54,580 nucleotides of DNA. Source: an uncultured Staphylococcus sp. Lineage in GTDB: Bacteria > Bacteroidota > Bacteroidia > Bacteroidales > Muribaculaceae. The notes below the pieces were generated by a model. It ran no database searches. It worked only from the letters and a program-made list of their open reading frames with translations, and was not told the DNA's origin. Made by a program: the position numbers and the translations under genes. The DNA lies in NCBI GenBank assembly GCA_964581555.1, contig CAZOOY010000001.1:1-54580 (forward strand), given 5' to 3'. Below are positions 47,420 through 54,580 of the stretch, piece by piece (position 1 is the first letter of the stretch; each line of letters begins with the position of its first letter).

Positions 47420-50400
47420 TCAGGCAGACTCTCCCTTCTCCTTTGCTACATACTCTGAAGGCGAGCACCCGTAGGTAGATTTAAAACATTGCGTGAAGTA
47501 AGCGTGACTGTTGAAACCCACATAGGTTGAGATCTCCGAGACGGAATAGTCTGACTCGCGGAGCAGACGGGTTGCCACTTCAAGACGTTTGTTCCTTATC
47601 AGCTCCACGGGTGAAAGATCGGTGATGGCTTTCAGTTTCCTGTAGAGATTGGTTCGGCTCAAGCCCACCTCCCGGCAAATCATGTCGATATTCAGATCGG
47701 GATTCGAGATATTGTCCTCGATGACCTGGAAGAACTTCTGGGTGAACTTGTCCTCCGCAGAGACAATCTTGATGCCGAGCGACTCAAGTGAGAACTTCTT
47801 GCCGTAAAGCTTCTTCAACTTCTCGCGTGCCACAAGAATGTTACGCATGCGATAGATGAGAACATCCATGCTGAATGGCTTGACGATATAATCATCCGCT
47901 CCCGACGAGAATCCCTCCTTGATGTGCATCACCATACAGCGGGCCGTCATGAGAATGACAGGGATATGCTCTGTGCGAAGGTCGTTCTTGATCTGCGAGC
48001 AGAGTTCCAGACCATCCTTGCGTGGCATCATCACGTCACTCACGATTATATCTGGGTACTTTTCGACAGCGAGATCAAAGGCAGTCTCCCCATTGTCTGC
48101 CTCGATGACGTCAAAATAGGGCAACAGACATTCCTTGACATAATTGCGCACCTCCTCGTTATCCTCGGCGAGAAGTACGGTGTAGCGTCGGTCAAGTCCC
48201 GGTGTCTCAGGGGCCGGCGAAGGGATGACATCGACAACCACACGGTCTGCCGCCTCTTTGTCAAACTCATCCTCCGAGAATGCCTCGCGGTCAACTGGAA
48301 GAATGACATGGAACACCGCGCCTCCCTCAGGATTGTTCTCGGCCCAGATAACTCCGTGATGCAAAGCGACGATCATCTTCGTCAGGCTCAGACCGATACC
48401 TGTACCGCTTGCGTCTTTGGGCTGCCCCTCCTCCACCTGGTAGAAAGGATCAAATATTCTCACGAGATCCTCGGCAGGAATACCGCGGCCCGTATCGCTC
48501 ACCGAAATATGAACAAGTCTATGATCGGATCCCTTCAACTCCTCAATGTCCGTTCGCCCCTCCGGAGTCGCGGCAGGAAGCGTAGTGTCAAGTGACATGA
48601 CAACACTGTCGCCCGGGCGGGTGAACTTGAATGCATTGGAAAGCAGATTGAACAACACCTTGTCACAGACACTCTTGTCAAACCATCCGGGCAGACGCTC
48701 TTCATCACAGCGGAACTCGAAGTGGATATCTTTCCCGTTGGCAAGATGATTGAACGCACAGTACATCTCCTGCATGAATGACACCATATCCTCCTTGGAC
48801 ACTTTGAGCTTCATCTTGCCGGACTGGCTTTTACGCAGATCCATGAGCTGGTTGACGAGGATGAGCATGCGCTGGGAATTGTTGTAGATAAGGCTCAACT
48901 TATTCTTCACCCCATGATTGAAATCAGTGTGGTGAAGCAACTCTTCCAGTGGAGAGAGGATGAGAGTGAGAGGTGTGCGGAGCTCGTGAGAGAAGTTGGT
49001 GAACATCTGGAGCTTCGACCTGTGGAACTCCTCGGCACGCTCCTGTTCCTTGCGCTGATAGGCCACACGCTGCTCGAGCGCTTTCTTCTTGACAATATAG
49101 TAACCGATGAGGAAGATGGTCCCGAAAAAGAGAATGGCATACAGAGTCCAGGCATACCACGTTGCCCAGATGGGCGAGCGGACTATAATGGTCAGCGAGC
49201 GGGGGTCATCGTTCCAGATCCCGTCATTGTTGGCGGCTTTGACTTCAAATGTGTATTTTCCCGGTTTGAGATTGGTATAGTAGGCCGAATGACGGGAACC
49301 GACGTCATGCCACTCGTCATCATATCCTATCATCCTTACGGCATAAGTGTTGTGTGAGGGATTGACATAGTTGAGCGCGGCATAACTGATTGTGATATTG
49401 TTCTGATTATATGCCAGTTCGATGCGCGGAGTGCTGTCAAGTTCCTTCTCGAGTATTCCCCCCTCTTCAGGGCGTATTTCCTTATTGTTCACCTCCAGGC
49501 CGGTGAAAACGACCGGAGGACGATAAGTGTTCAATTGCATTGACGAGGGACTGAAGGTCACGAATCCCTTGGCAGTGCTGAATCCTATGCGCCCGTCGCT
49601 GAGCAACGTGCCGCTGTGAGGCGTGAACTCCTGGGCTCCCGTACCGCTTCCGATCCGATAATTATGTATCTCATCACTCTCCGGATCGTAAGAGGTGATA
49701 TTATTGCTCGTGCTCAGCCACAGTCGGCCGAACTCATCCTCGACAGTCATGCAGATATCTTCATCACCAAGACCATCCGCCTTGGTGATACTTTTGATGA
49801 TACCTTTCCCATCCTCATAGAGACTGATACCTCCGCCGAATGTTCCGACCCACACCCGGCCCTTGTGATCACGCGTGAGGGAAGTGACATAGTTGGCAGG
49901 AAGATATCGGGCTCCCTTTCCGTTGGAATCAAAGACCTCATACTTTTTCCTTATGGTGTCATAACGATATAGACCGTTGTTGCTCGAGCCAATGAGCAGG
50001 ATACCCGGGGAAACTTCAAGAATACATCGTCCGCTCCCCGGACGCCAGATGGTATCTCCTATCTCAAAGCGGGTCTGCATCTGCCCTTCGGTGGAAACAC
50101 GGATAAGGCCCATGGATGGCTTCGAGACAACAGTCCATAGACTTCCGTCATGCCCCCGGATGATTCCGTAGACCGAACCGGAGACGGGAAGAGTATGGGC
50201 AAGAGAAAACCGCCGGCTATTACGATCAAAGAGATAGATGGTCCCGTTGTTCGTGCCACACCAGATCCTGTCCCCCTCCAGGAGGAGAGATTTGATGATG
50301 TTGTGGCTGTCGGAGGGATCGTAAAGGAAACGTGTCGAATGACCGGTCTCCTTATCGTACTCCAGCAGACCCCCACCCTCTGTGGCGACATACAGTTTTC

Positions 50401-51511
50401 CGTCAGGAGTATCCGTTATCGGGCCAAAGACACCGGCTATGTTGCCTGACTCACCTATCGACGGTTCATGTACCACGAAACGATTATTGTGGCGGCTGTA
50501 ATAGTCGGCACCTCCGGAGTAGGACCCGACCCACAGGCCTCCGCTGCGATCCACACAGAGGGAATAGATGGAAAAGTGGCTTAGCGTACCCTGCGACTTC
50601 TGGGCGCGGGAATGACGTGACAGTCTTCCCGTAGCTGTCTCTATCGAGAAAAGACCGTCAAAAGTTCCCACGACGAGATTGCCGTCGTTGAGGGCGAGGC
50701 AGCGGATATTGTCGGTGGAGAGAGGAGAATTTTCCTTATTATATATTTTGGCTGTTCCCGTCCGGTGATTGAGACAGGAGAGACCGCCATCCGAAGTGGC
50801 CACCCAGACATTGCCATTGTCCTTATTGACGAGAATATCGGCCACGCTTTTACCCGGCACGAAAGAATCCTCCCTGTAATGCGCCAACTTCTTGAACGCA
50901 GGATCAGTCACAAATAGCCCCTTGTCAACCGTTCCGATCAGAAGTCTGCCGTCAGCGCTCTCATTCAGAGCCGTCACCGAGACGTTGTCGAGCTCCCCGT
51001 TGAGAGTGATCGCCTTTTCAGACCTTGTTTTCGGGTCAAAGAGATATAGTCCGCGTTGTGTTCCTACCCACAGATTCCCACGGGAATCGATCATAAGGGA
51101 TCTCACACTTGATCCAAGCCATGGGAAATCGGCAGCAGGGAATGAAGTGATATGGCCGGAATTAGTATCGAGGCAACTCAGCCCCTTTCCGGTACCTATC
51201 CAGAGATTCCCGTCGCCATCCTCCGTGATAGCCGTTATCTGACGATCCACAAGTGAACGGTCGCTCCCCTCCCGGTCTGGCTTAAACACGGTAATCGTGT
51301 TGCCGTCATACTTATTCAGGCCGTTTCTCGTCCCGAACCAGATAAACCCCTTGGAGTCCTGATAGATCTTCATGACCGACATCTGCGAGAGGCCATCCTC
51401 AAGTCCGATGTTGGAGAATCGGCTTGCCTCCTGGGCATAGCCGTGTAGCCCCGAAGTCAGGAAGAGAAGAAAGATTAGGATAGGAAGAGAGAGCTGAGAT
51501 AAATATTTCAT
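47420..51511 (-). CDS. Hybrid two-component system sensor-regulator (HTCS)
   Basis: Reg_prop propeller repeats (IWFGT, LWIGT), Y_Y_Y domain (YTNLKPGKYTFEVKA), TM helix, HisKA SHELRTPLTLI, HATPase NLLSNAFKF/GTGIGL, REC SDVMMP, C-terminal AraC HTH. Confidence 0.97.
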   Translation of the reverse strand: MKYLSQLSLPILIFLLFLTSGLHGYAQEASRFSNIGLEDGLSQMSVMKIYQDSKGFIWFGTRNGLNKYDGNTITVFKPDREGSDRSLVDRQITAITEDGDGNLWIGTGKGLSCLDTNSGHITSFPAADFPWLGSSVRSLMIDSRGNLWVGTQRGLYLFDPKTRSEKAITLNGELDNVSVTALNESADGRLLIGTVDKGLFVTDPAFKKLAHYREDSFVPGKSVADILVNKDNGNVWVATSDGGLSCLNHRTGTAKIYNKENSPLSTDNIRCLALNDGNLVVGTFDGLFSIETATGRLSRHSRAQKSQGTLSHFSIYSLCVDRSGGLWVGSYSGGADYYSRHNNRFVVHEPSIGESGNIAGVFGPITDTPDGKLYVATEGGGLLEYDKETGHSTRFLYDPSDSHNIIKSLLLEGDRIWCGTNNGTIYLFDRNSRRFSLAHTLPVSGSVYGIIRGHDGSLWTVVSKPSMGLIRVSTEGQMQTRFEIGDTIWRPGSGRCILEVSPGILLIGSSNNGLYRYDTIRKKYEVFDSNGKGARYLPANYVTSLTRDHKGRVWVGTFGGGISLYEDGKGIIKSITKADGLGDEDICMTVEDEFGRLWLSTSNNITSYDPESDEIHNYRIGSGTGAQEFTPHSGTLLSDGRIGFSTAKGFVTFSPSSMQLNTYRPPVVFTGLEVNNKEIRPEEGGILEKELDSTPRIELAYNQNNITISYAALNYVNPSHNTYAVRMIGYDDEWHDVGSRHSAYYTNLKPGKYTFEVKAANNDGIWNDDPRSLTIIVRSPIWATWYAWTLYAILFFGTIFLIGYYIVKKKALEQRVAYQRKEQERAEEFHRSKLQMFTNFSHELRTPLTLILSPLEELLHHTDFNHGVKNKLSLIYNNSQRMLILVNQLMDLRKSQSGKMKLKVSKEDMVSFMQEMYCAFNHLANGKDIHFEFRCDEERLPGWFDKSVCDKVLFNLLSNAFKFTRPGDSVVMSLDTTLPAATPEGRTDIEELKGSDHRLVHISVSDTGRGIPAEDLVRIFDPFYQVEEGQPKDASGTGIGLSLTKMIVALHHGVIWAENNPEGGAVFHVILPVDREAFSEDEFDKEAADRVVVDVIPSPAPETPGLDRRYTVLLAEDNEEVRNYVKECLLPYFDVIEADNGETAFDLAVEKYPDIIVSDVMMPRKDGLELCSQIKNDLRTEHIPVILMTARCMVMHIKEGFSSGADDYIVKPFSMDVLIYRMRNILVAREKLKKLYGKKFSLESLGIKIVSAEDKFTQKFFQVIEDNISNPDLNIDMICREVGLSRTNLYRKLKAITDLSPVELIRNKRLEVATRLLRESDYSVSEISTYVGFNSHAYFTQCFKSTYGCSPSEYVAKEKGESA

Positions 51512-51545
51512 TTTTTCAGTTGTTTCACGGTACTTTTTTATGCTT

Positions 51546-52712
51546 TCACTTCACTGTCACCTCGAGAGGATGCGCCAGGCCCTCATGAAAGTCAGCGAGA
51601 TATTCAGTCCAGGCTTTCATGCCGCGTACGCCACCCTTGCTCCAGCCCGAGCCCCAGTAATACGTGTATGTCTCACCGGGTTTATAGACGGAATGTGACA
51701 TTATGTGGCCGGTCGCATCGCCAAGGGGAGCGGCAAGAGGAGTGTAACCTACGCTGTCGGGGCGCTCGTGATTAACGATACCGATGTAAATCACCCCGTT
51801 CCCTTTATCAGGGTTGTCGGTCAGATCGGCATAAGCCAGATAGTCACCCCGGCTGTCTACTATAAAACCCCGGGGATTCTGCTTATGGATCACGATACCG
51901 TTGACCAGAGGATACTCTCCGCTTAGACCATCATATTTCACCTCCGTCTTGTTGAGCCAGGCCCCTTTGTCGAGCGTAATAATACGGGTTTCCACAACAT
52001 CCTTGTCCCCGCCTACCGTCTCGGGATAGCAGGTGATCCTGGCCGTCATCCTGAGTGGGCCGGACTCGAGTATATCACACTTTTCGTAGGCACAGGGATA
52101 GGCGATCTCACCATCGGTGACAAGAGCGTTCATGCCGGCACCAAGAGTACGCCCGACGGTGTAGACGTCCATTCCCGAACCATGATCCTTATGATAGGAA
52201 GCCTTTATGAAACCGTGGTCGTCATAACGGGCCTCAAGGACGGGATAGCCGACAGACTTCGTCCAGATATCATAACCGCTCACATTTCCACCCTTCTCAC
52301 GATAGGAAGGACCATAGAGGCGATAGCCACCACGGTCATTCTCCCAAGCGAAATCGTCCTGCTTGTCATGGCGGATCATTCCGACACAGACAGTATCGGC
52401 AACCGCACGCTTTTTGCCGTCAGACTTCCTGAAGAAATATTTACGAGTCTCCCCGCCTGTAAAATCCCCCTCGACAAGGATCTTTCCATCATATGTTATC
52501 TGCGAAATCACCGGCAAGCCGGCTGCATCGGTGACAATGAAGTCTTTTCCAACCTTATCGGTAATACTGGACGCGTCTATCTCCACCACTTGCCCGAGCC
52601 TTAGGGTCGTGGATGGATTGTAGACACTTACTGTGACCGAAGGTGTACACGAACAGAACCCGAGAGATGCCGAAAAAGTCATAAGCAGGCATCGGAATCC
52701 CGTAATTTTCAT
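51546..52712 (-). CDS. DUF4861 family lipoprotein
   Basis: Lipobox FCSC; DDFAWENDR..YRLYGP, GYDIWTK, YHKDHGSGMDVYTVGRTLGAG, YYWGSGWSK. Confidence 0.85.
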   Translation of the reverse strand: MKITGFRCLLMTFSASLGFCSCTPSVTVSVYNPSTTLRLGQVVEIDASSITDKVGKDFIVTDAAGLPVISQITYDGKILVEGDFTGGETRKYFFRKSDGKKRAVADTVCVGMIRHDKQDDFAWENDRGGYRLYGPSYREKGGNVSGYDIWTKSVGYPVLEARYDDHGFIKASYHKDHGSGMDVYTVGRTLGAGMNALVTDGEIAYPCAYEKCDILESGPLRMTARITCYPETVGGDKDVVETRIITLDKGAWLNKTEVKYDGLSGEYPLVNGIVIHKQNPRGFIVDSRGDYLAYADLTDNPDKGNGVIYIGIVNHERPDSVGYTPLAAPLGDATGHIMSHSVYKPGETYTYYWGSGWSKGGVRGMKAWTEYLADFHEGLAHPLEVTVK

Positions 52713-52767
52713 AAATTTAGCTGAAAGATGATGTGATAATGATTAAACCGTTGAATGTGTAGCATCG

Positions 52768-52800
52768 CAAAATTAGTAAATAATCAAGTATATATCCAAA
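52768..52800 (-). promoter_or_regulatory. Canonical -33/-7 promoter for DUF4861-HTCS
   Basis: Minus strand TTTG (52797-52800), 21-nt spacer, TAATTTTG (52768-52775). Confidence 0.7.
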
Positions 52801-52855
52801 TTACTTCCGATAAAATTCCCACCGAAAAGACGGAAGTGATTACAACTTTTTTATG

Positions 52856-52863
52856 TATATTTG
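52856..52863 (+). promoter_or_regulatory. -7 promoter box for the MmcQ/YjbR-MFS genes
   Basis: TATATTTG 10 nt before the ATG at 52874. Confidence 0.55.
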
Positions 52864-52873
52864 TCCCCCGGTT

Positions 52874-53260
52874 ATGAATATTGAAATTTTCCGCAACTAC
52901 TGTCTGTCACTGCCGTTGACCACCGAGGACGAAGGATTCGGTCCGGGACTACTCCTGTTCCGTGTGTGCGACAAGATTTTCGCTTGCATGGGACTTGAGA
53001 AAGGTGATGCCGTGATAATGAAATGTGATCCCGAACTGGCTGCCGATCTCCGCGAACGCTACCCTGAGATCATCCCTGCTCCACACTGGAACAAGAAGCA
53101 CTGGAACAAAGTGAGTCTAACCGGAAGCCTGACAGATGATTTCATTCTCGACCTCACCCGCCATGCCTATGCGATGGTGGTGAAGAAGCTCCCTCAGCGC
53201 ACACGCCGCGAGCACCCCGAAATATGTCTCCCGGATCCATTTGGTGAAAGCATGGTGTGA
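52874..53260 (+). CDS. MmcQ/YjbR family DNA-binding protein
   Basis: MNIEIFRNYCLSLP..TED..FG...L.FRV..KIFA, MKCDPE...LRERY..I.PA.HWNKKHW. Start moved to 52874 because the upstream ATG lies before the -7 box. Confidence 0.92.
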   Translation: MNIEIFRNYCLSLPLTTEDEGFGPGLLLFRVCDKIFACMGLEKGDAVIMKCDPELAADLRERYPEIIPAPHWNKKHWNKVSLTGSLTDDFILDLTRHAYAMVVKKLPQRTRREHPEICLPDPFGESMV

Positions 53261-53282
53261 GTTGTTGAAAGGATCTTAGCCA

Positions 53283-54509
53283 ATGAGTACTTTACTTTCC
53301 CGACTGAAAAAGATTTCCCGCGAGGCCACCTTCCCGGTGCTCCTCTCGCTATGCGCGGTCCATTGCTTCAACGACATGCTTCAGGCCGTGGTCTCGGCTG
53401 TATATCCCATCCTCAAGGAAGATCTCTCGCTATCCTTCGGGCAGATCGGTCTCATAACCCTTGTATATCAGATAGCAGCCTCAGTGTTTCAACCTGTTGT
53501 CGGGTACCTGTTTGACAAGCGTCCTTTCGTCGGGAGCCTCCCGATGGGCATGATATTCACCACCGCGGGTATCACCCTCTTTGCCCTCTCCATGAGCATG
53601 CCCGCAGTCCTGATCGCAGTCTTCTTCGTAGGTCTCGGTTCATCGACGCTTCACCCCGAGGCGTCACGCATCACGTCACTCGCCAGTCACGGTCGTCGCG
53701 GACTCGCCCAATCCATCTTTCAGGTCGGTGGTAATCTCGGCACATCCATCGGTCCGCTTCTCGTGGCTCTCGTCGTCGCGCCCCATGGACGGCATTACAT
53801 CCTCTGGTCCCTCATCATATCGGCCCTTTCGTTCACCGTCATGCGACGCATCTGCCGATGGTATGGGAGTTATATTAAGGATATCAAGAGCAGACCTGAG
53901 CGTCTCCGCACCCACCATCGCCCTCTCCCTCTCTCTCCGCGTCGCACAGTGTTCGTCATCGGCGTGATAATGCTTCTGATTTTCTCGAAGTATATCTACA
54001 TGGCCAGTCTGACGAACTATTACACTTTCTATCTCATCGACACATTCGGTGTGAGCGTGAAGACCTCCCAGATATGCCTCTTCGTCTTTCTTGCGGCAAC
54101 CGCGGTCGGTACGCTTGTCGGCGGTCCTATCGGAGACCGCTACGGCCGTATGCCGGTGATATGGGTTTCAATCCTTGGCACGGCTCCATTCAGTTTGGCC
54201 ATGCCTCACTGCGGACTGACACTCACAGTGATCCTGAGTTTCTGTGCCGGCTTCATGCTCTCTTCAGCCTTTCCTGCCATTCTGCTATATTCGCAAGAAC
54301 TACTTCCCAACAAACTCGGTCTCGTCTCGGGGCTTTTCTTCGGATTCGCGTTTGGCGTAGCCGGAATTGCTGCGGCAATACTGGGTGACTTTATCGACAG
54401 CTATGGTATCCGTGCAGTATATAATATATGTGCCTACATGCCATTGCTCGGTATCACAGCCTGCCTCCTCCCCAATCTCAAGAACCTCCCCGGCGAAGAG
54501 ACACTTTGA
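53283..54509 (+). CDS. fsr: MFS transporter, fosmidomycin-resistance (Fsr) family
   Basis: H.FNDMLQ, QIGLITLVYQ..ASVFQP, HPEASR, GLAQSIFQVGGNLG, GGPIGDRYGR, SGLFFGFAFG; about 12 hydrophobic segments. Confidence 0.85.
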   Translation: MSTLLSRLKKISREATFPVLLSLCAVHCFNDMLQAVVSAVYPILKEDLSLSFGQIGLITLVYQIAASVFQPVVGYLFDKRPFVGSLPMGMIFTTAGITLFALSMSMPAVLIAVFFVGLGSSTLHPEASRITSLASHGRRGLAQSIFQVGGNLGTSIGPLLVALVVAPHGRHYILWSLIISALSFTVMRRICRWYGSYIKDIKSRPERLRTHHRPLPLSPRRTVFVIGVIMLLIFSKYIYMASLTNYYTFYLIDTFGVSVKTSQICLFVFLAATAVGTLVGGPIGDRYGRMPVIWVSILGTAPFSLAMPHCGLTLTVILSFCAGFMLSSAFPAILLYSQELLPNKLGLVSGLFFGFAFGVAGIAAAILGDFIDSYGIRAVYNICAYMPLLGITACLLPNLKNLPGEETL

Positions 54510-54580
54510 TTGATCTACCTAATTCTTTTACCTGAGAGGTGTTTTCAAAATACTTATATTAAACTTTCCCGAAATTTTTG

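Larger units (their letters stand above)
1770..52712 (-). other. Large HTCS-regulated polysaccharide utilization locus (~51 kb, 26 intact minus-strand genes)
   Basis: Co-oriented SusC/D, HTCS and about 20 CAZyme or CAZyme-like genes with short intergenic gaps and a shared promoter motif. Confidence 0.93.

Noticed and set aside
1-54580. CRISPR arrays, tRNA/rRNA, IS elements, integrases and invertible promoters
   Set aside because: No spaced repeat arrays, RNA gene signatures, transposase/recombinase ORFs or paired distant inverted repeats were seen by eye. Short distant repeats could have been missed without computation.

Overview
Bacteroidales DNA, inferred from the SusC/SusD pair, the HTCS and TAnnTTTG promoters; a Muribaculaceae-like gut organism is plausible but not provable here. 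A ~51 kb minus-strand polysaccharide utilization locus (PUL, ~1770-52712) is flanked by housekeeping genes: a small ORF, rubrerythrin and tag on the left, and MmcQ/YjbR and an Fsr-type MFS on the right. The PUL has one SusC/SusD pair, an HTCS, and lyases PL6, PL8 and PL38-like. It also has GH88, three GH105, GH28, GH2, GH29, GH95 and a tandem GH97-GH31-GH36-GH27 block, but no sulfatase. Several genes cannot be assigned to a family: a six-hairpin glycosidase, a beta-helix protein, a secreted DUF362-Ig-CBM protein, a GH28-like beta-helix/DUF362 fusion, a GH105/beta-propeller fusion and a non-SusC TonB-dependent receptor. Highlights: (1) a stand-alone 120-aa gene ~70% identical to the DNA-binding domain of the PUL's own HTCS; (2) a shared motif, often a ~20-22 bp direct repeat, at the -33 position of five PUL promoters including that gene's, while the HTCS operon has a canonical -33/-7 promoter; (3) two exported DUF362 modules linked to carbohydrate domains; (4) two GH105 paralogs with WxRG changed to WSEG; (5) an unannotated esterase gene remnant next to an oppositely oriented IMPase gene. 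All family calls come from motif recognition by eye; no database search was run.
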